DNA of 64,000 bases from Octopus vulgaris (taxonomy: Eukaryota): NCBI GenBank assembly GCA_951406725.2, contig OX597820.1, positions 92,442,001-92,506,000 of the forward strand, written 5' to 3'. Under the pieces are notes generated by a model that had not been told where the DNA came from, did no database searches, and worked only from the letters and a program-made list of their open reading frames with translations. The stretch's first letter is position 1. Each line of letters opens with the position of its first letter. This document shows positions 43,508-57,445 of the stretch, one piece after another. A program made the translations under genes and the position numbers.

Positions 43508-44043
43508 AAGAAGTTTTTTCCAGTCACAGACAGGGGAGGCCATAAGTTGGAATATATTCTCTAAAATTAAAAACTTTTATTCCTAGTACAACTCGATTCA
43601 AATATATACAACGTAGAGATATACATACCTAAAAAAACTGATCCAGTATTTCTATATCTTGAAGATATAGACAAAATAATAAAATTTAGTTCTAGACAAA
43701 ATTGCTTACAATTAATAAATAGCGGATAGTTTAATTTTCTGTCCTATATTCCAAACGTTTGGCCACGAGTGTAGTTCCAGGTTTAGCCTCGGGCCAATCT
43801 AAACCTCCTGGGAATTTGCTTGACGGAAACCGATAGAGGCCGATGTATGTATGTATGCATTTATGTATTTTTGCGCATATTTGTATAGTGATCTGATGTT
43901 CTATAGGACCGATTTGAGCGATCTTTTGAAGGTTTTGCCCATACGTTATACCGACGTAACTCAATTACATTAGTGAAATTTCCTGCAGTGTATCTTATCA
44001 TTTTCGCTGTTGGTTCGGTTTTACAAGAACGCAGTGAGAGAGT

Positions 44044-44117
<74 letters not shown>

Positions 44118-45045
44118 GGGAAGTAGAAAGTAACCGGAACAGGTGGATAAAAATACAGTGCGATGATTGGTTCTTTGATTATTATAAAGAGATTTACATA
44201 AAATTCTTTCTGCCGATAAAATTTGTGAATTTCTCAATTCTCTTTAGAAATATATTTATACATTTGAGTGTTTATGTATACATCTTTCTATGTATGTATG
44301 TATGTATTTTGTATGTATGTATGTATTTATGCATGTATGTATGTATGTATGTATCCATATGTGTAGGTATGTATGGAACAGGTGTAAGAGAATTTACTTA
44401 TCTACCGTAACTGTTTTAAGCTTCATTAATACCTTATAATTTTTTGTAGTCTTTATTATGATGTAAATAACCTCGTGTAAAGTACAATGCTTTAATTTTC
44501 CGTCGTCCACTTTTGATTTACTTATATCCGCTAAATGACATCCCACTATCTATCTAGCCACCTTGGATATGTAATTTCAACACTTCATTCCCAATTGTAC
44601 TTTAAGCCAGAGTTTTAGTGGTAAACCGATCTAAGAAATTATTGTACATACCTATTAATGTACGCCAATCGACGAATACTATTAGAATTTTCCCTATGTA
44701 TGTTTGTACGTATGTATATATGTAATTATGTATGCGTGTATGTATGTGTCTATAAATGTTTGCATTTATTTATGCATTCTGAGTTCAATTTTTACCCCGG
44801 ATAATACCTATGACATTAATCCGTTCGGTGTCAATGAGATAAAGTTGCGATGAAGTTGTGATATGAACTGCATCGACTTACCCTCAACCCTGAAAACTGT
44901 TGGCTCTGTGCCTAAATCAGAAGCAGTTTATTTTTGCATATAAGTATGTTTTTGCATAACATTAAATCTCATTGTACGCAATTGCGTATATACACAACTA
45001 CACCACTGTGCCTATATGTGCCTGCATATAAATATACGCATGTGT

Positions 45046-45086
<41 letters not shown>

Positions 45087-45583
45087 CTACATGCACGTAT
45101 GCTATATGTTTGCTATAAGGAGATACACATCACCATTTGTAAACTCCAATATTTAAAGAATATGTTTCAAAGAAAGTTTTCTGAAAATATCAAAGACGAA
45201 ATTTTAATGCTGGGTTTGCCAAAGCGGCGAGTACTAAGAGAAAAGTGAATCGAAATTTTGAATAATAATTTTTTTTTCTGAATTATAATATCCCATGTTT
45301 AAAACATAAAATCGAAGAAATTTCCGAAAAGAAAACTAAAATAAAAAAGCTTTTAGCAGGGTGGGGTGTTTATTATGAATTTCTTGACCGCCTTTCTATA
45401 TATGTAATCATGCACTAGAAAAAATTTTCTTTCCTTCACTGAAGTAGCAGGAGCTACTTTGAGAAAATTCTGCTGTTATCTCTAGCAAAAGTCAAGCAGA
45501 TGCCTAGACGCTTACTATTTCGTTCACCAATTCCTAGAGATTAATAAAACACTGAATTTGATGATGGAGTGCTTACTCATAAT

Positions 45584-45618
<35 letters not shown>

Positions 45619-45648
45619 GCGAGAATGAAGCAACAAGAATGGATAGGT

Positions 45649-45739
45649 TTTTAGTACAATCGTTTCATACAAGGACAGGTTTTATTAAAAGTTGCAAAAA
45701 TTACAGCATATAAACGTGTCCCGTACTCATCAGCTAAAA
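45649..45739 (-). ncRNA. Type I hammerhead ribozyme (inverted copy)
   Basis: Reverse complement of 46832-46922. Confidence 0.75.
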
Positions 45740-46831
45740 TACATGTAGGTTCTCTAGACATCCTAGTGGTTGAGGCTATACTCATGAAGTAATGTAGATA
45801 ATTAAGTAACATAAACAGATTTCAAAAGTTCATTAAAGTTCTTTAAAGATGATGTACAGTCTTATCACAGAATTTTAAAAAAAGGCTGGTGATTTTAGCA
45901 TCTGACCCCGAAACCCCTAACTGTGTTATCTCTTTAGATTCTCTTTAAATTCATAGCTGATTTCAACAGCAATAAATTAGCTGTTTTAACTGGTCAAAGA
46001 ATAATATTCTCCTCTAATTCCTAGATGCCTGTAAATTAAAACCAGACTTGTCGTCTACTAATTCTTCTGTATAACTAGAACCCTCTTTTTTTTCTTTTTC
46101 TTTCTTCTTTCTTCTTTTTTCTTTTTTTCTTCTTTTTCTTTTTTTCCCTTCCTTCCCTATTTCTTTCTCTTTTCTCTTTTTTCTTTTTCTTCTTCTTATT
46201 CTCTTTTTCCTTTTCTCTTCTCTTTGAGTCCCCCCACCCCTTTTTGCTCCCTCCTCTTTTATTTTCTCTCTTTTCTTCTATGCCCTTCCCTTTTCTATTC
46301 TATACAGCTCTAGTAAGCCCTTCAGCCTTTAAAAGTTAAATAGCTACAGCCTCTTGTAAATAGCAGTAATGTGATTAATGTGGCAAATACCTAATCATAT
46401 AGCAAGAATTGATACCTACCTCATTGTGTTCAACCATTGATAAATTTATCGCCTGTGAATATGAAATTCCTTGGAAATTTACACCTACACCATTGGAAAT
46501 TGTGCATCTATACAAAGGATTAATTCACCCTCTCTGTAATGCTAATAAGCAGGAATTGAAACCCACCTCGTTGTAATTAACAATGGATAAATTTGTCTTC
46601 TGTGAGTATGTAATCCCTCATCATATCTCTGGAAATTCATATGTGCACTATGGATTGGGTCACCTTCTCTGTGATGCTATTAAGGCCTTTTTTTAAAATT
46701 CTGTGATAAGACTGTACATCATCTTTAAAGAACTTTAATGAACTTTTGAAATCTGTTTATGTTACTTAATTATCTACATTACTTCATGAGTATAGCCTCA
46801 ACCACTAGGATGTCTAGAGAACCTACATGTA

Positions 46832-46922
46832 TTTTAGCTGATGAGTACGGGACACGTTTATATGCTGTAATTTTTGCAACTTTTAATAAAACCTGTCCTT
46901 GTATGAAACGATTGTACTAAAA
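46832..46922 (+). ncRNA. Type I hammerhead ribozyme
   Basis: Stem I UUUUAG/CUAAAA; CUGAUGA; stem II GUAC-GGGACA/UGUCCU-U-GUAU; GAAAC GAUU GUA, with predicted cleavage after 46916. Confidence 0.8.
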
Positions 46923-47065
46923 ACCTATCCATTCTTGTTGCTTCATTCTCGCTTATAATCACCCCACATTACTGTATTGTTAAATCAGTATAGTTTTTTT
47001 TTGGTGCATCTAAGTTAGGTACCATATTCAAGTAAATTCATTTAAATTAACTTGAATCTTTATTG

Positions 47066-47142
<77 letters not shown>

Positions 47143-47146
<4 letters not shown>

Positions 47147-47455
47147 AGGCGCAATGGCCCAGTGGTTAGGGCAGCGGACACGCGGTTGTAGGATCGTGAT
47201 TTCGATTCCCAGACCGGGCGTTGTGAGTGTTTATTGAGCGAAAACACCTAAAGCTCCACGAGGCTCCGGCAGCGGGTGGTGGTGATCCCTGCTGTACTCT
47301 TTCGCCACAACTTTTTCTCACTCTTTCTTCTGTCGGCTTGCTCGTTTAGCTAGCGAGGTGTTGCCATTTGAAGGATAAAACAATGCGAAGCGCATTGTGA
47401 CCAGCGATGTGTAGCAACATCTGATAGCCTGGTCGGTCACGGTGATCGCGGTGAT
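47143..47455 (+). mobile_element. tRNA-derived SINE, family F (resembles octopus tRNA-Arg-type OR SINEs)
   Basis: GGAGGCGCAATGGCCCAGTGGTTAGGGC head and TTCGATTCC B box; shares about 190 nt of 5' sequence with 58457-58833. Confidence 0.8.
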
Positions 47456-47610
47456 ATATATATATAATTATAAAAAAAAACGTGTAGCAAATATATATAC
47501 GAACATATACTAAATACACAAACGAACGGAAATCACAAGCAGTCACCAACTCCTCTTCAGTTATCGGCCATAGTGTCGAGCGCAATTTCGAATAGAAAGA
47601 TAGATAGAGA

Positions 47611-47719
<109 letters not shown>

Positions 47720-48789
47720 TACATAGACACACATGGGTACGCACGAAAACATGTTCATATACACTCACACAAATTCAAGAGGTTTGAGAGGTGAATACAT
47801 ATTTAATTCTACAGGATTACGGCTGTTTCGGAACTTTCGTTATGTAGTTTTACATTCAGCATGCAATGAATTATGCGTCCTGATCAGTATTATACAATAC
47901 AATTGTGTATTCACAAATTAATGCAAATAGACCTAGCTTATCAGATCACCGAATCATCTTGCATTTTGTATATCGTGCTTAACGTTTGACAAAGTAAAAG
48001 AAAATCACAAATTTGTGGTATTCCTTTTCAGAAAGTATTTCATATAGATGTATAGTAATAAAAAGCACAGACGGCATCAGTAGCAGGCAAAGAGTGTCCA
48101 AAAGCAGCGATAGAAATGCTAGATTACACGAATTCTATTTGTTACCGCGCCATCTGCTCAGCAGCAGGCACCCAGTATCAACCGCATACTTAGACAAATT
48201 TCGCCTCCACTAATACGATGAAAAACAATGATTAATGAGACACAGCTGTCGCGAGTAGCTGGGGGGATGGGCCAAAATTTGTAATTAGCGACAGACATTT
48301 TTATTACTACTGAATAGCTAACTCTATATTTTACACATCGAGGTTATACTAAAAGAAAGCCTCGTTATTGGTAGTCAGTCGAATCTTGCTACCGATAATG
48401 AGCAAATACGCAGCAGGCATGTGATCTGAAAATCAAACCGCTGATACTGAAAATATTTCATCTGCTACCTATATTTCTGTGACTTTCAGCAGTATATGCC
48501 TATACAGGATGCTTTCTCAGGACAAATACCACGGTACTACTTCTGTCTTTTAGTATATCCACTTTAAATAAGATATACAAGTTGGTTTTCGTTTGTAATA
48601 TTGGATCCGTAGCTTATAACGAATATAAACGCTCACACACCACACACACATACCCAAAAACACACACACACACATGCACACGCATATAAATATATACATA
48701 TATATGTGTATATACACACACATATGCATATATACACACACATATGTATATCAATATATGTATAAATCGGAGCACTATATGTGTATAAG

Positions 48790-48880
48790 TGAAGGCGCAT
48801 GGCTGAGTGGTTAGAGAGCTAGACTCACAATCACGAGGTAGTGAGTTCGATTCTCGGACCGTGCTACGTGTTGTGTTCTT
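48790..48880 (+). mobile_element. tRNA-like SINE head fragment
   Basis: TGGCTGAGTGG A box and GTTCGATTC B box; no acceptor-stem closure. Confidence 0.6.
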
Positions 48881-50439
48881 TATTTCACGTAATGCCATTA
48901 CGCTCAGCTGTTTCAGCTCTTGCCTTTCCATTGGATAACAAAAAAAAATTATCGGTTTTGTGCCTTGGTGTAATCGCATGATCGGTCATGACATGAAGAG
49001 GGTCTTTACCCATTATTATTATTATTATTATTATATACACCAGAATCAGTACATAAATGTGAAACTGAATGGGGAATAGAACTTCAATAACGGTGGTAAA
49101 GTAATATGCCTTATCAAAACTGCAAGACATTTGCAAGATCCATTATGCAGCGTTTCACTTTCCGGTTCGTGGGACAGATTTGGTAAACAGCTTTTTTTGA
49201 TAAAGTATATTATATATGTATGTATTTGTATAGGTATATGAATATATGCATGTACTTATGTATGTATGTACGTATGTATGTATGTATGTATATTTGTAGG
49301 TATGTATGTATGCATGCATAGTAATAAAGAAAACCTTTCAAGATGGAAATTTATATATTTTATTGATGTGAGTGTGTGTGTGTCTGTATGCACATGTTTC
49401 TGCTGGACTATATTCAACATCGATGGGAGATTATTAAATATTATTTATAATTTCTATAGATGTTACAGGAGTCCACTACTTCATGGACATACTTCATCAA
49501 GCACTTTGCAATAATAAAGAAATCCAAAAGAAGCACCCAACCACCTTTAGCATATTTATAATGCAAAATCCCCGATAAATTATGCAAATGAAGTAATGGA
49601 ATTTCTTAAGATACATAGATATCATAAATAATATTTAATGATATCCCATGGATTTAAGAATACAGCTGCAAACAAACGTGTTATTCAGAAGCATACATAG
49701 TGATGCATGGACAGAATATATAATGTTCCATCTACAAAATCTCTCGTTATTACTATTTTTACCCTAATGTATAAAAAGTTCCGCGTACATAACCATCCCC
49801 TAGGGTTACTCTGGAAAAAGGAAATAATAGGCAGTAGCCTACAATATGTAGCATAGAGTCCTTTGAGACCTCACTCGGCGACATGTGCCCTGAACAAATT
49901 AAAACCGTGTGTATGTGTGCATAGGTACATATGCAAGTGTTTTTATATATATATACATATATATATATGGGGGGGGCGTGTCATTTATCACATATATACA
50001 CACAAATGTCTTTCTCTATATATATGTATGTATACATATATGCATATATATATATGCATACATACATATATACAAACATACATACATACATACTTATATA
50101 AGCAACCATATTGTATCTAGGAGCATATTCAAAGAAAGTAGTACTTATGCAAGAATGTGCCAACATTAACTGGCGTATTCTTTAAAGAATTCCTCTATCC
50201 AGTAATACACGTCTAAAGGTATTAATCGACAAATGGGAAAATAGTAAGCGCAATAAAAGAATATGCTTGAGATAATACCTCTTTAATAACATCTCTGGAA
50301 ATGTTTGTGACTGAAACATGATTTTAAGAGTAGATTTTATTAGTTCCGCGCAAGGAACAAGTATTTGGGAGGTTTTGAGTTCGAAATATCTAAAATAACA
50401 AAATACGATTTTGTTCTCAAATGAGCACTAAGAGCAGTT

Positions 50440-51082
50440 TAAATGATATGAGAACATTTAAATGCCCGAGAAAAGCTTTTGTTCATACTGCCAAAAGTAA
50501 ATTTTTTATGATATAGAGAAGCACATGCATTTTAGATTTCTCTAGGATCATTACACGTACATATAGGAAAAAATCCATAAGCTTATATATCACAACATAA
50601 ATAGAGAAACCTCACTTTAGCCTGTTAGCTCGATATAGATTACTGAAGCAAAATGGCTAGCCCCTAGGGGGCTCCATATTTCGTTTAAAGATCACAAAGT
50701 TAAGTTCATAACTGAATCCAAATGATGAATTCTCAATGAACTAGATATCATAAATAAGCGAATCATAGATAAAATTATTGATAGTATTCGCTAATCTAGT
50801 TATCTCCCTCTATGGAAAACAGTTCTGCTACAACATTTTAACCAAATATACAATAGATGGTTATGAATTTACTCATTTTGACAGATCTAAGTTTAATCTG
50901 TCTATCTCAAAATCTCTACAGCTTACCTCTTTGGGTATCGGCAAGAACATTATATCCATTTGCGATCTGAATATTGATATCAGGCATGCCAGAAAGTATC
51001 TGCTTTTCTATGGACAACCAATTTGGATGAAACATATAATAGATAAGCATTTTGAATTTTACGATGAGCAACTATGATGGGG
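50440..51082 (+). pseudogene. Decayed Penelope-like (Naiad-like) RT N-terminal fragment
   Basis: KDHK...KRIIDKIIDSIR..LWK...THFD..FNLSISKSL...IDIRHARKYLLF...IWMK...FE parallels PLE RT domains 1-3. Confidence 0.55.
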
Positions 51083-51116
51083 TTAGGTATGTATGTAGAC
51101 ATGTAGACTTGTATGT

Positions 51117-51160
<44 letters not shown>

Positions 51161-51200
51161 GTTTACATTGGCTAAACTGGCAAAATGACCATTCCTAAAT

Positions 51201-51272
<72 letters not shown>

Positions 51273-51788
51273 ATATATATGACTCTCTGAGGAAGAAATT
51301 GAACTTCACAGACATCTTAATACATTGTAGAGGTGAGGATTTGGATATACCATGCCATATATACTACCATCAATTAAAGAGGCTAAGAAAACTTATAGAC
51401 GTATTTAAAAAATTTAATTTCAAAAATAGTTCTCACAACAAATATCAGATCCCACACAAGATATAGGTAAATGAAAAGAATGTCCCCTAGCGGAAAACTG
51501 GCGGATAACTCTTCTAGTCACGTACAGGTAATAATGGAGATTTAGCAGTATTAGGTGATTAAACACTATATGTTTATCAGATGAAGAAATTTGAAATCGT
51601 ACAGTGTCATCTAATAACTATGCAGTAGAGTATATATTTTATCTCGAAAAACTACAATACATTCCTCGTAACACACGACATTAGTATATAGCCTGGCCAA
51701 TTATAGCGCAGTAATTGAAATTGTGTTAAAGAGAATTTTTTTAAATCGTTCTGGCCGCGTGTACATTGAGTTCTGAAACGATTGTTTG

Positions 51789-52578
51789 CATATTTATTCT
51801 TAACACGTCTTAGAAGATTAAGACGCGAAATATTCTGACGTAGTATACGTCATATCAGAATAATTTACGACGTGTTAAGAATAAATGTGCGAAGACTCAC
51901 CCGTCAAATTTCTCGCTGTAAACGGTGCAAATAACGATGTTTATCGTTGGCATAAATACGTACCTCTCAGCAAACGACTTGTTTACTGAAAGAAGGAGTG
52001 GCTGTATGGTAAGTAGCTTGCTTACGAACCACATGGTACTGGGTTCACTCCCACTGCGTGGCACCTTGGGCAAGTGTCTTCCACTCTAACCTCGGGCCGA
52101 CCAAAGCCTTGTGAGTGGACTTGGTAGACGGAAACTGAAAGAAGCCCGTCATATATATATATATATATATATATGCGTGTGTGTGTATGTATGTTTGTGT
52201 GTCTATGTTTGCACCCCCAACATCGCTTAACAACGGATGCTGGTGTGTTTACGTCCCCGTAACTTACCGATTCGGCAAAAGAGACCGATAGAATAAGTAC
52301 TAGGCTTACAAAGTTGCTCGACTAAAGGCGGTGCTCCAGCATGGCCAAAGTCAAATGACTGAAACAAGAAAAAGAGTAAATCTAGCAGCTGCGTTTAGTG
52401 TCAGAGTTCTGGCTATTTATGTCTGAGGAGACACAACATGTCATAACACCGTGTCCCAGAATGCCGAGCATCAATGAACCAAGTGTGTTGCGCATACTTC
52501 GTCGTAAGAATGGGAAGTTATTCTCCTATGACGTATGCTACGTCAGAATCTGCTTAGACGTGTTAAGAATAAATATAC
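51789..52578. mobile_element. MITE with long TIRs, interrupted by a SINE
   Basis: ATATTTATTCTTAACACGTC...CTGACGTAGTATACGTCATA on the left versus TATGACGTATGCTACGTCAG...GACGTGTTAAGAATAAATAT on the right; extra inverted TIR copy at 51868-51887. Confidence 0.65.
51992..52380 (+). mobile_element. SINE family A, well preserved
   Basis: Full head, core, microsatellite and tail. Confidence 0.85.
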
Positions 52579-52877
52579 AAATAAAAGTTAAGAGAATTTC
52601 TGCTCTCAGAAATAATTGAATCAGTACCAATTCACTCGCCTGGGAAGCATTTAAATAAGGAGTACCTCATGATTCGTAGACTGTTGTGAAATATAAGAGA
52701 AAAAGTTCCGCAAATCGCTAAAGTTTTACTAACATTTTACTAATTATTCAAAGCGAATATCTTTTAATGTTTATTAGAAGTATCATCAACTCAGTTTGAC
52801 TGTGAAAGTATCATTGCGGGATTAGGAACAAGTAAAAATTATTTTCGTGGGCAGGTTGATATAGATTCCAAACCGTA

Positions 52878-52956
52878 TGGCGTGGGCATATGGCATAGTG
52901 GGTAAGAGCGCGGGGTGCTAACCCAAAGATTGCAAGTTCGATTCCAGGCAGTGACA

Positions 52957-53046
<90 letters not shown>

Positions 53047-53600
53047 GCCCTGATGCAGTACCAGGCAGTGGCTCTCATGGCTTCTGATCTTAACTGATTG
53101 GAAGTGTTATCATGTACATTGTTTTGTCTTGGTATAAAAGATGGGCTACAGCAAATATTCTGCTCAATACCACAGATTTGCTTGTCAGTTGTTTGACCTT
53201 AACCAGTTGAGCATGTCCCTTAGTGGCTGACGATATGTGCATCTCTGATCACGAGCAGAAGTAGTGGGGGAGCATCATAGCCATGTGTTGAGAAGGATTC
53301 TTTGGGGTTTGGATAATTCACCTCTGGAAACATGGGTGTTTCGTTCAACGTCCTTAAACAACCCTTATTCAGGGACCTTTTGAGCGGGATGGGTTACTCG
53401 ATCTGAAGAAAATTCTAACTGGGCTCCACCTGCAAGGTCATGTGCTGTTTATCTTGATATGAGATCACCATGTCGCGCACATATGGTTGTGATGCATGTG
53501 CCTGGTGTACCCTTATCAGACGGGTAGTCATGATGGGTATACTGGGCTTCGTATATTTTACCCCAGTGTCACTTTGATGGCATGCTCTGCTCGCTCACTC

Positions 53601-53634
<34 letters not shown>

Positions 53635-53790
53635 TCAAAAAATACCTCAGGAATGAGACCCCAGGTTCGAAATTTCCCTAAAACACCTGATTGAACCGAA
53701 ACGTTGTGTTAACAACAAATATGATGAGGACAAATATCCGTCAGATGTAAATAATGTACATAACTCCTTATCTTTTAAATATAGAACCAG
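52878..53790 (+). mobile_element. tRNA-headed element with (TAA)n linker and HHR-like tail, interrupted by family C
   Basis: A box TGGCATAGTGG and B box GTTCGATTCC (52878-52957), then (TAA)n, the family C insert, (TAA)n, and a tail with CCTGATTGAACCGAAACGTTG. Confidence 0.55.
53044..53600 (+). mobile_element. Family C 560-bp element in (TAA)n
   Basis: Same termini as 19222-19774; (TAA)n on both sides. Confidence 0.8.
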
Positions 53791-53859
53791 AGAGTTATGT
53801 TGTAGAAGATACTTGGACAAGAAAGAGAGCAGTAGGGTCGAAACCGTAACTATATTGTT

Positions 53860-53990
53860 TCCTCTCAGCGCTTTTTGTGAAGGAGCGTAGGCTCGAAACG
53901 TCAAAAACGTTTCCATTCTTCCCGAGCGTCAAACTAATACGCTTGCTTGTAGTTCGCTTCTTCGTCTTTTGTTTTCTGTAAAATTCGAAC
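53860..53990 (+). mobile_element. Family D repeat with near-HHR motif
   Basis: TTTT-GTGAAG-GAGC-GTAG-GCTC-GAAAC-GTC-AAAA. Confidence 0.55.
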
Positions 53991-55963
53991 TATGTGTGTG
54001 GTGTGTGTCTGTGTGTGAGTGCGCGATTGTAAATATGTGTGTGCGTATGTGTATATCTATGTGTGCGTGTATAAAGACAGACATATAGATAGATAGATAG
54101 GTAAGTAGAAAAACATACTTTGGTAAGAAGCAAGAACTTATATACGTAAATATATCGTGCATATAAGTATGTGCCTTGTATATGTGGGTAGACACACACA
54201 AGCACACAGATCTATACACTCCAACGCACATGATCTCAAACATATACATTATACCTATGCCGACTTATATACACGTTGCACACACTCAAGCATATCGCAC
54301 ATATACGAAGAGACATCTAGATATAAATAACTATTTACGCAAACCCTTACACAGCGTGTATATCTATTGGTGGTTTATGGTAATACCTACATACATATAT
54401 GTATGTGTTTGAGTCTATTTTTGTGTGCAAGTGTGTGTGTGTGTGTGTTTCTACAAGAGTGTGTATGTGTGTGTGTGTTTCTATGAGTGTTTCACCCTAC
54501 GTGCGTGCGCATATTGTGCCTACGATTGCATTTCTTTTCTCTCCTCCAACCGAATATTAGTAATTAATGAAACGGTGAAATGCAGGTAGGTAGATCCGAC
54601 GGAAAATTGCCAAGAATTTGACAGGCAGGCAAAGTTATCTGACTGTTCAAAAATAATTCAGTTCCAGAGTAATAAACCTTCATAAGCCGCCTTATATGAA
54701 TTGTAATTTCACTGCACCTGATGCCGACTAGGAGGCCGGCTATTTTGAAAGGTGGCTTTAAGCATAACAGTAATGTAATTCCAACAATATAATACACCGT
54801 TTAAGAAACAAGATATTGCTTAATTCTAGTTGTCGCTTACAAAACAAATAAATAAAAGAATAAAAACATAAATAAATAAATCTACTAAAAGTGGTGAAAA
54901 TAAATAAAATAAAACACATGATATCTTTCCCGCGTGTTTATCGTTTCGTGTGTATTTTATGTCGTCGCTTAGAAAGATTATATTGATCAAGATTTCACTC
55001 ATATGAAACTGATTATCTTGGCATTATTTTCGAATGTTGTTTAAAATTTATGACTATTACCGAAGACGTACAATCCATTTCCTTTCTGATCATGGTGTTA
55101 TGTTCGCACGCACGCATACACATATGCACATCATAAATACGCAGATACAGACACACTCTCAAACATATAGATGAAAGTTAGTAACTTTATACGCACTTAT
55201 ATGTATATGCGTGAGTTATGCATTTGTGCGTGTTTTTGTGTACACGTCACTATTAAAAGAAATCTGCTTTCAATTATTATCCGTATTTAATTAAGGATTA
55301 TTAGAAAAATATATATAAAAAATCTTAATATCATTCCCGTACGCATATTACAGAACACAAGTACACGCACACCCATACATGGTAGTTATATAAGCATATA
55401 TGTATATACGTATATATATACACATATGGTCATATATATACATGTAGTCATATACATGCATGTACATACATGTATGCATACATGTGTAAGCATATATGTG
55501 TGTGTGTGTGTACGTGTATGTGTGTGTGATGTGTGTGTGTGTGTGTATGCATAAGAAAGTACAAGCACTCACATATATATCATTCACCCATCTATACATA
55601 TATGCTTGTATATTTCTTCAATGCTACTACATATCACAAACTGCTTAACAGCCGCCTTGAAATGCATTTAACCAATTTCTGTAATTTTGATCATGGACAG
55701 AGTGAATATCTTTTGATCGACGGTAATTAGTTCTTTTGAGTCTACTTCAAACATCTTATTAACTGCTGTAGAACGCAGATGCTTTTGTCAAAAGCATTAT
55801 GTATAGCTAGTCGATATTTCAATGAATGTTTTCTTTCACTTATAGCGTGTTACATTTATGTTGAGCCTATATATTTTCCCGAAATATCTTAGTCCAACTA
55901 AAGGTATATAGATACCGCTAGTTCAACATGACTGCTCGACGTGCAGGGCGTTCGGGCTTAATT

Positions 55964-57125
55964 TTACAGTCTGCACAACAAGAAAAGAAGACACAATAGC
56001 CCATTCAATAATAAAATTCAAAGAATTTCAAATAAATTCTCTGGGAGATAACAGTTTACTCAAAGAAGCCGCCCTCGGCTTCCACACGGTCTCAAAACGT
56101 CTCCAGATCCTGGTGTATGCATTCCTCGCTCTGTTCCTGAGAGGATTTCGGGCAGTCCATTGATTTTGGCCAGCTCAGCTTTGGTGTTGTAGGCAGAGCG
56201 GTTGGTGTCATTCTCAACCACACCCTTCGGATAGCAATCCATGTGATTACAATCGATGAATGAGGAGGCCAGAAATTGGAGCAGCTGAAGTTGTAGAAAT
56301 TCCTTGACAACCGCTTCTGAGTATTTTGAGATATACCAAGGAGCCGAATACTTCTCCAACACATATGACCTCCCAGCAGGTACCTTCTCACGCAAGGGTT
56401 TGACGACAATAACCAGCAGCTTCATATAGGCATTTGTATTGTGCCTGTGGCTTTGTTCAAAGTTGTGACGTCACGCTCACTAGAGACACACCTAAAGACC
56501 ATCACAGTTTGGGAGAACTTGGTTGTTATGATACATGAGACAATACATGTATTGTGGGCAAGTCACCTGTCATTTTGGGTGTTGTGTAACTGATCCTAGC
56601 AGAATGTTTTATCATAGATTCAACAGAATGGCCTCTGTTTGTTCAGGAGTCTTCGACAGGTGGTTATTTTCGGCCTTAGCTGCCAGAATTTGTACCTTGT
56701 GCTTCTTGTACGTATGGTTGCGAAGATCCGCATTCGGAGCTTAGCTTCATGCTGAAGTACCCAACAACCATCTCTCGCGTCAAGGCCCGGATTCCCTTAA
56801 TCGATTGTCCCATCAACATGTCCTGCAGTTATTGGGTGCATTCAGGTGCGCAGACGCAGAACATCAACTGTGTTTCTTTCGGCTGGCCACGGTTTCCTAG
56901 TTTCTGCTCAGCTGTCAATGTCACGTCTTTCAGCCCTTACGGAACTCTTAGCTACAGTCACGATGTTGGCATTTTGAGGCTACCAGACTTTCATGTCAGC
57001 TATTTTTCTCAAATTCCACTATAATATTTATGCTCACCAACACATATAATTGTTTACCAACACACGAAAATGTCCCTGAAACAAAAAACATTAAAAAATG
57101 CTCAAATTAATAAAGAACACCCTAT
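55964..57125 (-). mobile_element. Second maT/mariner-like transposon relic
   Basis: TKFSQTVMVF, FWPPHS..DCNHMD, VEAEGGF peptides; terminus CACCCTATA near 57125. Confidence 0.7.
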
Positions 57126-57380
57126 ATTTAACAATAACAGAGAAAACTCCGTTTCACTCTATCTAAGAGGAAATTTGTAGTGATCTTTGATAGTGATGCC
57201 CTACATGCACATTGTCTAACCCCGCCTGACGCATGATATCACGTATTCTCCATGAGCAAACAAGACATCAATTAAGAAAGCCTATATGATCCTCCCGGAG
57301 GGAAATATCGTATAAGTTTCCCTTAACAGACCACCTGCGATCACACAAATTAAGACAAAATGTGCAAGGTAACGCAATGA

Positions 57381-57445
<65 letters not shown>

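Larger units (their letters stand above)
45619..47070 (+). mobile_element. Non-coding PLE-type insertion with a 268-bp inverted repeat, within (TA)n
   Basis: 45619-45886 is the reverse complement of 46685-46952 with no mismatch seen; each arm holds an HHR; (TA)n on both flanks. Confidence 0.8.

Noticed and set aside
45619-46952. Classification as a TIR DNA transposon
   Set aside because: There is no transposase, the right end extends asymmetrically, and the arms contain HHRs, so a PLE inverted pLTR is preferred (a TIR element is not fully excluded).
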